A stretch of DNA of 64,000 nucleotides, taken from NCBI GenBank assembly GCA_964016885.1, contig OZ024746.1:12276001-12340000 (forward strand), in the 5' to 3' direction. Numbering within the stretch: position 1 is the stretch's first letter; each line of letters opens with the position of its first letter. The notes beneath the pieces are model-generated. The model saw nothing but the letters and a program-made list of their open reading frames with translations. It was not told the DNA's origin and made no database searches. Shown piece by piece: positions 25,301-34,200 of the stretch. The position numbers were made by a program, and so were the translations under genes. The stretch comes from Eledone cirrhosa (taxonomy: Eukaryota).

Positions 25301-25797
25301 TAAATAACTAACGCAATATAAACTTATATTACGTTAACTGTTTTTATTTTCATGATGAGCATATTTTGAGATTATTTTTCTAAAAACTCTTTTTATCAAG
25401 CTCGAAAGGTTAAACAGGCAAAGTATAAGCATTTTAGGAGGATGTAAAACGAAGTGTACAAACGGATATTTTAGGAAGTCAAATAATCGAAAAATATATA
25501 TTTTTTATCTAAACAATTTTTCGCAACGAGATCAACACATGCTGAGGCATTAAAACTTACAATTATTGAGGAACTCTGAAGTTTTGCTACAAAACCAAAG
25601 TATTGATGATTACAGAAAGAGAACACATACCCGTTATTTTCTTTAATATTGATAGAAGATTTGCAAGGTTGTATAATCTTATCGTTTTTTGTCAAGGAAT
25701 ATATTTTAAGGCAATCTTCTAAGACTGGTATCAGGTGTTGATAAGTCAACACTTTTCTAACTTGTTCGGCACCCACGAATCTCAGTGTTGCTGTCAT
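2820..25797 (-). CDS. CRYM: Mu-crystallin / ketimine reductase (ornithine cyclodeaminase family), 8 coding exons, 308 aa
   Basis: Exons 25797-25631, 19861-19717, 18583-18521, 13920-13819, 13388-13211, 6406-6285, 4546-4462, 2884-2820; all introns GT-AG, phases consistent, 927 nt. Motifs [52 protein letters not shown]. Confidence 0.95.
3290..4015 (+). mobile_element. Degenerate LINE AP-endonuclease fragment interrupted by a nested insertion
   Basis: TLNGGTL...[12 protein letters not shown]...VQE and [11 protein letters not shown]...[12 protein letters not shown]. Confidence 0.75.
3459..3691 (-). mobile_element. Nested 3' fragment of a second RTE-like LINE with an 11-bp target-site duplication
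   Basis: Minus strand reads IYAGLP...RRVRFADHC and DVISRDSG...MNDR; (GAT)n tail; flanks tgacaggcaaa / tgacatgcaaa. Confidence 0.75.
4462..4546 (-). CDS. CRYM: CRYM exon 7 ([28 protein letters not shown])
   Basis: tttag acceptor, GTATGT donor; E.GEVI.G and TTVF.SLG motifs. Confidence 0.93.
4645..4826 (-). mobile_element. Same SINE family
   Basis: Reverse complement of the consensus. Confidence 0.82.
5242..6265 (-). mobile_element. Degenerate copy of a related RTE-like LINE (3' part of ORF2)
   Basis: [21 protein letters not shown]...[34 protein letters not shown]; short (GAT)n tail. Confidence 0.88.
6285..6406 (-). CDS. CRYM: CRYM exon 6 ([13 protein letters not shown]...YSGDIGMSK)
   Basis: attgtag acceptor, GTGAGG donor; aligns to the VGA...E.D..LM...VYV...SGD segment. 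Confidence 0.9.
7148..7350 (+). mobile_element. CR1-like LINE 3' end; another copy at 55695-55853
   Basis: Same 3' UTR ending gtgcacctgagcactgtacacaataatttcattattatt. Confidence 0.85.
7438..13153. repeat. 40-bp minisatellite, about 143 copies, in CRYM intron 5
   Basis: Unit cacatgtcctct(gc/at)agt(c/t)acagcccatg(gt/tc)tcactaccat. Confidence 0.98.
13211..13388 (-). CDS. CRYM: CRYM exon 5 ([15 protein letters not shown]...GAHIN)
   Basis: GT-AG bounded; [13 protein letters not shown] and WVKAGAHIN motifs. Confidence 0.95.
13451..13579. repeat. 26-bp tandem repeat, about 5 copies, CRYM intron 4
   Basis: gaatacatctggaggtctaaaacagt repeated. Confidence 0.9.
13819..13920 (-). CDS. CRYM: CRYM exon 4 ([22 protein letters not shown]...FSK)
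   Basis: GT-AG bounded; Rossmann GxGxQA motif. Confidence 0.95.
14500..14705 (+). mobile_element. C-terminal restriction-like endonuclease fragment of a CRE-like non-LTR element
   Basis: [11 protein letters not shown]...[19 protein letters not shown] resembles the P.AVET.G..G...LFQRIS.A..RGNA.SIL pattern. Confidence 0.6.
15210..15790 (-). mobile_element. CR1-like LINE 3' fragment containing the 61-bp array
   Basis: Reverse complement of the 24390-24800 region. Confidence 0.85.
15394..15763. repeat. 61-bp tandem repeat, 6 copies, inside a CR1-like LINE 3' fragment
   Basis: catggaggttttaaaggatgcagtgtctcgacagctaataactgatgcaggtagtttgttc repeated. Confidence 0.95.
16217..16402 (-). mobile_element. 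Same SINE family
   Basis: Reverse complement of the consensus. Confidence 0.82.
17021..17322 (+). mobile_element. CR1-like LINE 3' fragment
   Basis: SNTRGHAHK...WNKLP, near-identical to 24315-24505. Confidence 0.88.
18521..18583 (-). CDS. CRYM: CRYM exon 3 ([21 protein letters not shown])
   Basis: ctacag acceptor, GTAAAC donor, family motif DG..ITA.RTAA. Confidence 0.95.
19717..19861 (-). CDS. CRYM: CRYM exon 2 ([24 protein letters not shown]...GKLLS)
   Basis: ttttccag acceptor, GTAAGT donor, MP.Y and TKLVT motifs. Confidence 0.93.
20114..22138 (-). mobile_element. 5'-truncated RTE-like non-LTR retrotransposon: RT domain, 3' UTR and (GAT)n tail
   Basis: 490-aa ORF with [40 protein letters not shown]; GRPRKTW after a frameshift; tail at 20114-20133. 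Confidence 0.93.
23674..24805 (+). mobile_element. 5'-truncated CR1/L2-group LINE, followed by a second copy of its 3' end
   Basis: [54 protein letters not shown]; (TTA)n tail. Confidence 0.92.
24942..25272. mobile_element. MITE with TA termini (Tc1/mariner-like); second copy at 37380-37697
   Basis: tactcttgggtgtcgaataat ... attatttgggacccgagaata; internal sequence shared between the copies. Confidence 0.65.
25631..25797 (-). CDS. CRYM: CRYM exon 1 (MTATLRFVG...KENNG)
   Basis: ATG at 25797; GTATGT donor. Confidence 0.9.
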
Positions 25798-26495
25798 GTT
25801 CTACAAACTACAAACGTAAACCAGTAAATAACATACAATGTGCCACCTCGCTTGATATAGTTCTAACGATAGATTTTTTTCTTCTCTCTTTCTATTTATA
25901 TCTCTCACTTTTTATCTCTCACTTTTTATCTCGTTATATTTCCCCTCCTATAACACTTCTCCCTCTCTCTCCCATCCACTGTGCACGTGTGTTTATGTGT
26001 AAACACAAACAATTCAAAGGCTCATTACGTCCCGAGGAAGAGGCAGAGCAGCTGAAAAGTGAGGTGGCGGGCGGAGAGAAACGTGATTTTCAGCTGTTGT
26101 AATGCTAATCAGCTATACAGCTGATAGACTGCTGTTTATTTTATGTTTCTAATCAAAATGCATAAACGTATAACTTGTGGGATATGTGAATTAATAGAAA
26201 ATGTAGGGAGTTAAATTTGTCCTCATTAGTCACGGAAATTGTTCTGCCGTGTACCATAAAAAAGTAGTTTGCGGGCCGCGTGTTATATAGTTCAAGAATA
26301 AACAAGACTAACACAGAGATACAAAAAACACAAAGTCTTATTGGCTTTGGAAATGAAGATAACTAAATAAGTGTTTCAACGTATCGGACATTAGTCTTTC
26401 ATCAGGAAAGAGCAATTTTCGGAGAGAGAGGGGAGGTTGTAACGAGTTGTTACAGACTAATGTAGTTCTTAATTGGAGTTAGTGATATGCTAGAC

Positions 26496-26970
26496 CAGAG
26501 GTGGGGAACCTTTTCAAGTGGAAAAGACCGCATTAAATTACTTGTAATATAATAAGGTCGTATTAAAAAAAACATAATTATATATTCTTAAAATGTTGAT
26601 AATCACGGGTGTACTAAATCCCCGTGGGTTCCCACCGACCAGCTTCAGATGATAGTGGCTCTAATTAAGCAGGAATTTAATGTACATTCTAGAATCACAT
26701 TAGAACTAAAACATGAGTGTAGAAAGTGCTGAAATGGCCCTATACTTTTTCAAATTCTGGTTATCTGTCAGTGTGAATTATTTCGTTGAATTTTCTTTTA
26801 CTTTTTAGTATTTAAAATACACCCATCTTATGGTTTAAATTAAAATAAGAGATAGACAAAAACATATTAATACATTTTTATTTGTTGGAAATTTTTTATT
26901 CTTTCAAAAGCAGCACAGAATGGCATAGAGGGAGGCGCGCGGCCTTGAGGCCGCAGGTTCCCCGTCTCTG
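26496..26970. mobile_element. hAT-like MITE
   Basis: TIRs cagaggtggggaacc / ggttccccgtctctg; ctagac on both flanks. Confidence 0.7.
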
Positions 26971-27214
26971 CTAGACGGTATCTCACATATGTTCCTACTC
27001 AGAGTGCACTGGATGCATTCTATCATGGCACTAACACTATGGAGGTTGGTGATGAAGTCCCTAGTCCCCAGAGAATGCAAAAATAAAAAAGGTTCCGAAC
27101 AACCTAATCAGTTCATTCAGTTTGAATGTTTATATCGGGCATGGCATTTTAGACTTGCTAAGGATCTGCAAGCAAGTCCACACATCGTGTATGGTGTTTA
27201 CTGGATAGTATTGC

Positions 27215-27935
27215 TAGTATGTTTGATAATGCTTTTCTCCTCCTTCTTGCTTCTTGTAACCTATGGATACAACAGGTCTCGAAGTTACTGATCCCTTTAT
27301 GACACATACGATCTCCAGTTCTTCCACTGCAAGGCCACTTGCTCAAATGTCTCATAGGGTACATGGCAGTCCAACATTTCTATATCCACCATCTATCTAG
27401 CTGTACATGAGGACTTTTGGTATTGTTTTGTCACTCATTCTGATGACATAACCAACCCAGCATAGGTGTGGTTTCACAAAAAAGGCTTCAATGTCTCCAA
27501 TCTTGCACTTAATGACGAGGTCAGTGTTAGATATTTTGTCTTCGAGTGTATACCCACAGATTGCACGAAGATAATCTTTATGAAAGACGTCTAGTTGGTT
27601 GATGTGTTACCTATATGGAGTCCAATATTCTGATCTGTATAAGAGTGTGGTAATAACAATAACTTTATAAATCTGTATCTTGATGTCCAGTTTTATGCCC
27701 CTCTCATTCCAAAGGCGATAACAGAGTTTGCCAAATGTTCTTGTGGCTTTCTCTATACGATTAATTATATCGTCATCAAGAGATGCTTTTGAGTTCACCT
27801 CACTTCCAAGATACATGTACGATTTCACATACTTGAAATTCTTTCCACTAATCTTTATAGGGGTGTCTGGTGAACTGGTGGTTTCTGTTTGAAACTTTGT
27901 ATTTGTTTGGGCATAGAACATGGTTGATAGATCAC
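27215..27935 (-). mobile_element. Degenerate RTE (BovB-like) LINE fragment between the two promoters
   Basis: YMYLGS...DDDIINRIEKA..TFGKL..RLW...IYKVIVITTLLY.SE.WT; CWTAMYP-type remnant of the LRWxGH region. Confidence 0.78.
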
Positions 27936-27995
27936 CTGTTTTATTTATGGTGATATATATATATATATACATATATATATAAATCTCTCTCTCTC

Positions 27996-28030
<35 letters not shown>

Positions 28031-28180
28031 AACGAGATTTACAGCTTTTCAATTTAAAAGTTTAAAACTGAAAAATAAAAAGGCATGAGGGCGGGCGAAA
28101 GTTTTCACCGGTACATCATAACATTTACACCGCATGGTAAGTCTTCAAGGCGAAGAGAGAAAATCAAATTGGTTTTAATA

Positions 28181-28216
28181 ATGGCGAAGAAGCGGGAACG
28201 AGAGATCCCTGAAATG
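28181..28216 (+). CDS. NUP85: NUP85 exon 1 ([12 protein letters not shown])
   Basis: ataATGg start context, GTTCGT donor, phase 0 matches exon 2. Confidence 0.7.
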
Positions 28217-31200
28217 GTTCGTTTATTAATCCATTACCTGAAATATTTATTCATTACAAAAGTAGTTTAGTGAAACAATACTCATCAGTTATATTTAAAT
28301 CCCAATAATATTGCTGAAAATGTTCAAATCTTTTTGAATATAACTTCGTTAATTGAAATGCCGGTCCCAGTGTTTATATATGATAACTCACGCAGCGAAT
28401 CGTTAATTTAAAGAAAAAAAATATATTTTTTTCCAGCTTTCTCGCATTTCGCTAATTTTGTTTACATATATTACTTTATAAAAGAGTTTATTGCATATTT
28501 ATAACATTTCAAAAACTAAAAATAGTTGATCACATTTTTATACGAAACCAACCAACCCACCTCAAAGCTTCAAGAACTTATTCTAAATTCTTAATATAAT
28601 AATTATTAAAATATATTGAAAAGAGTTTTATTTTTAATCCTAAATTAAACTTGGGTATGTACACATGATTTTGGTAGTCTAAAGAAAAATCTTATGTACT
28701 CCAACGATAATAATACCGAAAACATTTTGGTTGGTATATTAAAAAGAAAATTGTAACGAAACATACATTTCGTACATTGAACGTGAGTCCCACGTGTTGG
28801 TTACTAATCATTAATATTAAAGAGTTGTACGTTTCTTTTTAATTCATACATAACTCATGTTAGAAACCAAAATCCCGCAATATCTACATATCACTACCCA
28901 AAAGATTACCTGTACAATATCAAAACAAATCCTACCACACCTTTCTTCCATTCACTTTCAAACATTACTAGTAAGAAACAATTTTTTAAAAAAGCAATTG
29001 ATGACGGTCCAAGTCACTTTGGCGCTGACAGCAATATTTAATACAATGTAATACAATTTATTGATTTCGTTGAAGGTTTAAGTGTTCACAGTTAGCTGTA
29101 GTTGCGTTGATATTGTTTTGTGTATAGTCATTTAACGCACATTGTAAAGTGAATCGGACTGTCATCTATTTGTTTTGGACGATAAAGTTTGTGATACTAT
29201 TGCTTCATTTAACGTTTTCTTTAGTTTTATTTCACATTCTTTGATTCATTTCTTTCTATTTTTGCTCTGTAATTCTTTTCATTAAAAAGACTACAAAAAA
29301 ATAAACAAAACTTTTCTTCCTAAACTTTGCTTTATCTATTAGTATGTTTAGAGGTATGAAAATCGCCTGAACCATCCCTAGTTCTATGATAAAACACTTT
29401 TTAACGAGTATAGTCACCAGTTTCATGAGAAAATTAGTTATATTCTAAATCTTTCAAAATTATTTATTAATTAACTGCCTTTTATCCTTACGGGGTCGAT
29501 AAAATAAAATACCAGTAATGCACTGGGTAATTGCTGGCCTTGTGCCAAAAGTAGAAACAATTATTTATTAATTTGAAAATCATAAGCAGTGTCGTTCATT
29601 AGAATTATGTTAATAAAAGACACCACTATCTTGAAATGTCAATATTTCATACTACTTATATCATTAATTGTTTCTACTTTTGGCACAAGGCCAACAATAA
29701 CCCAGTGTATTACTGGTACTTTATTTTATCGACCCCGTAAGGATGAAAGCCAAAGTTAACCTTGGCGGGATTTGAACTCAGGATGGCAAGGGCCGTAACT
29801 CTATGCGTCAAAGCATGGCGTCCGACCCTCTACCGATACTGCCAATTCCCTATTATTAATGCTCATGTTTGAGGCATGAAACAACACAATTGTTTAATTT
29901 GTGTACCAATGTAATGAATTAATGGAGTGTTAGGAAGTCTTTTGGTTGATCCAAGTCCATGAGACTTTGAATTTATATTAGAACTATTTTGCTACAACAA
30001 AGTACCCAGTCTATTCTGTAAGGTGGTTGTGTTGGAGACAGGACGAAAAAGTTCCCAGTCCATCCTATTAGATAATCATTTTGGTGCCACGGTCCACAAT
30101 GTAATGTGGTTGGTGTTAGGAAGGGTATCCAATTGTAGAAATCAAGCCAAAATACAGATCTGTAGGAGCAAGACATGGTTATCTGATTTGAATTGCCTCA
30201 TAACATAACCCATCTAACCTATGCACATGTGGGAAATAGATGTTAAATGATGATGATAAATTACTTGTCTTTTAAAAAAGACAAAAACCTCAAATATTAT
30301 TTCCATCACCAAAATATCCCAATTTCTTAAATCTCCTGTCGTGGTGATAATATTTGAAATGACAATGACTCTGGATTGTCTTATATAAGCAACTATTATC
30401 TCAAAAGTTTTATATAATTATTATTATATTTTAGAAAATTCCTGATCCTGTGTCTACTGTCCATGGACTTGTTGCAGTTTGTGGGATTGGTAACAAACTA
30501 ATGGTTTATGGTGGTGCCAGCAAAGCATGCAATAATGCAGGTTTGTTTTATATTCATTTTTGTTTTTATATGTTCCTATAGTGTTTATATGAACTCATCC
30601 TCGTTTTAATGTCTGCTTACTAACCAAGGCATGATCTGCAATGTCACATGTCTCCATTTGTCTGTCTGTGAAGACATGTTTCATATCTGATCTCCCTACA
30701 TTCTCTGATCTTTGGTTGATTTTCACCATCAATCCCTTTCATTGAGGTCACTTGATCTGCTAGAAATAGAAGCCAAATTGTTCCAAATCATACACTTTTA
30801 AAAGGGAGAAGAATGTATTTGATAATGTTGCCTTAGATACATTATAACTGAAAAAAAAAAAATGGGATGGTTACTGCTGTAATGCCTTTCATCATGAGTT
30901 TGCTCAATCAGAGTTGACCTTGAACTAAATAGCAAACATACTTTTATCATTTCTCATTCAGTGTGTTTCAGCTATCTTCTATACTTATTGAATCAGTCAT
31001 ACATCTCCTTCATTTGTCGTTTGTAATAGATCTAATTGTGTTTCTGCAGACTAAATTTTACAGATACACTCTTGGTTTCACTCCATATAAGTGTCTTTTT
31101 GATTAAAAAGCTTCGGTTATAATGGTCTAATATTTGTATAAGTTTTTACAAGAGTTTTCTAGCAGAAATCCTTTTCTGATATCAGTCTCTTCACTGAAAT

Positions 31201-34200
31201 GGTTAGAATGTTACCTAAAATAACCTGACATCCTACTCAAAGTTGGTGTGGGAATTATTCCCCATTCCCTTAATGTCAATCAACTGGAGATAAAGACCAG
31301 AGCTTAAAAGTTTTTCAAGTTTATCCGGCCAGAATTCTTTCATCTCTTTCTGTTCAAATTGGCTGTAACCGGCCATCCATACTGATGTGAAGGTATTGTT
31401 CTCAAAATAAATAAAATATGGTTAAGGGACAGTTACATTTTTGCATTGCATAACATCACTTCTGTCTATCTTATGTTTTTGGTATTGTTACAGATCACAT
31501 AAACATGAATTTACATGCTGGTGGTGGCTTACATGAAATCAAATGGGAGAAAGAAATGGAGGCACCAATAATGCGACGTCTTGTAAATGAATCCCATAGT
31601 AAGTATTGCTATCATCATCATCGTAATCATCATTTAATGTCTGTTTTTAGGGAGTGGAACAGGGTTTAGAAGGGTGGAAAGTACGAAGTCATATAGAGTG
31701 TATTTACCTCAAACATATTTATTCATCTATTGTATAACATTATTTTAAACTGTTTTTAGATATATTTGTGTCTCTGCAACAACAAGCTGAGAAGTTGAAT
31801 GATGCTGAGTTAAAAACCTAGTAAGTTACTAAATTTAATTTTGTCTATTTTTCCCCAACCAAGAGCTACATCTACCTAGTCATTCTGTATTATTGGTTGT
31901 TATATGCTCTTGCATGTTGCTATTCTTTTGTTTATTCCAAATTGACTGTATTTGATTTTTGTTTCATTGAAATGAGGGGCTTTAAGATATTATCAGATTC
32001 ATATGAGTTAGGATTTAGTTCAGTTAAGATGTCATCTTTATGGTTGGAATGATGTAATGGTATATTTAGAAGAAAGTTTGACAGACTTCTGTCGTGCCCT
32101 CATCATCATCGATTAAGGTCTATCTTCCATGCTAGCATGAGTTAGACGAGTTTGTCCCATTTAGAGACAAGTTAGGTCGGGTCACTGTGTCTCGCTCATA
32201 CAAGAGTGTTTCTGGCTGGATGCCCTTCCTAACGCCAACCACATTTTCAGTGTGTGATGGGTGCTTTTTACTGTGTCTTTTACATGTCCACTTTACAGTG
32301 TGGACTGGGTGCTTTTTGTCGTGACACCTACACAACCACTTTACAGTGTGGGCTGGGTGTTTTGGGATACCAGCATAATATATATATACACACATGCATA
32401 TATCATGATAATGTTATACACACATATATATATTTGCGTGCATATACAGATACCATATATTCCAATCAGCTGATTATGACTGTATTTATGCATGGACCTG
32501 CCTGTCCTGTTGTAGGGGTGCCTTCATGACATATGGGGCCAATCTTGGGAACTTTAAACCTAGCAGATCCTATCTGCTCTCCTGGTGTGAATACAGCTGA
32601 TTTCTTCCACAGAAAGAGAGAGAGAGAAGATAAGGAAAATATATAAAGAATCAACCCCAGTATGGGACTGGTACTTTTTTTACCAACCTTAACCCTTTAG
32701 CATTTAAACTGGCCATATCCAGCCAGAATTCTTTGACCTCTTTCTGTTCAAACCGGTTGTAACTGGCCACTCATACTGATGTTAAGGTATTGTCCTTAAA
32801 ATAAATAATATCAAAATCTCATAGATTCAATATTATGAGAGATATAATATAGATTCAATATTATGAAAATATAATAGTAAATATAGAGTAATGTAAATGC
32901 TAAAGGGTTAAAAGGATGTAAAACAAAGTTGACTTTGGTGGCATTTGGAGCCAGAATACATACTGTAAATTATTCTATCTGACATTCTAACAACTCTATC
33001 AATTTACTATGACAATAACCCATGTCAAATAGCTGAACAGATTTAATTCTAGTGTATCCAATAGTAGCCATGTTGTATAGTTGAACACAACTGAAAGTAC
33101 ACATCAGCTTCTGAATCTGTTTCTACAACTGAAATATTGCTATAGACATAACAACTACTCTAATGTTGATTTAAAGAGTAAATACACCCAGTACATTCTT
33201 TAAAGTGGTTGGTGATAGGAAGGGTATCCATCCATAGAACACCTGCCAAACCAAAGGTTAGGAGGGCTGTTCAGCTGTGTCAAGGACTAGACAACTTCCT
33301 TTGTGTTGATGCTATAATAAAATGCACTTGTTAGAGTGCAGAATCATTAACATACTCATAAAAACATCTATAAGTTTGTAGTTCCTCTATAGTGACCAAG
33401 TGCAGTGTTGTACTGGAAGTATTTCACCATAACATACAGATAGAAAAATAAAACATATTTTATATAGTGGTTGTATCTAGGCATTTCACTTATCAAATTA
33501 TTTTTTAATTCTCAGCTTAATAAAAGCCAGTCGCCATTATCGGTCTGTTGTGAAAGGTTGTTGCTGGACTTTACAGTATGAAGCTGGTAAGTGTATAAAC
33601 ATTAACAAAAATTACATTTATAAAATTGAATTCCTTGTTTTATTTTAGCTTTGTCATAAAATTAAGATTTTGTTTGGACAAAGGAATCAATGATAAATAA
33701 CTTTTGACCATTACAACACTGCATCCATAGTAATAAGAATTAATTCACAATGATTCTACTCTGCCTAGTTATATATATATATAGAAACACACAGATACAT
33801 GCGGACACATACATACACATGAATATATCCACATATATCCCTGAGTTAGTGGTACCAACCTCAACCGATGTTGCTCTATGAATAACTGGGACAAACCAAT
33901 CCGAGTGGATTAGACTGATTCAGTATCAGAGCTATATAATACATTATGAAGAGAGGAGAAACATTAGATATAATTAGTAATAAGATATATCATACCTAAA
34001 CTGCTTCTATAGTCCCCGACTACGTAGTTTCGTGGCATATTATGCAAAAACACTACATCATAGAGATATAGAGTTTTTGTGAGGTCTGCCGACTTATCAA
34101 GAGGATACCTCATTAAGGGTTTCAAAACACGTCTGTGATGCGCGAGATAGAATCTCAAAAAGGCGGAGGGGAGTCAATCACGTGATACAGCGGTCAAGAA

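Larger units (their letters stand above)
25798..28180. promoter_or_regulatory. Head-to-head intergenic region holding the CRYM and NUP85 promoters
   Basis: Divergent start codons 2.4 kb apart; CpG-richer patches near 25980-26280 (CACGTG, three CAGCTG, GGCGGGCGG) and near 28088 (GGGCGGGCGAAA). Confidence 0.55.

Noticed and set aside
25471-25630. Extension of the CRYM exon 1 ORF to 108 aa
   Set aside because: Read-through into the intron; homology ends at the GTATGT donor
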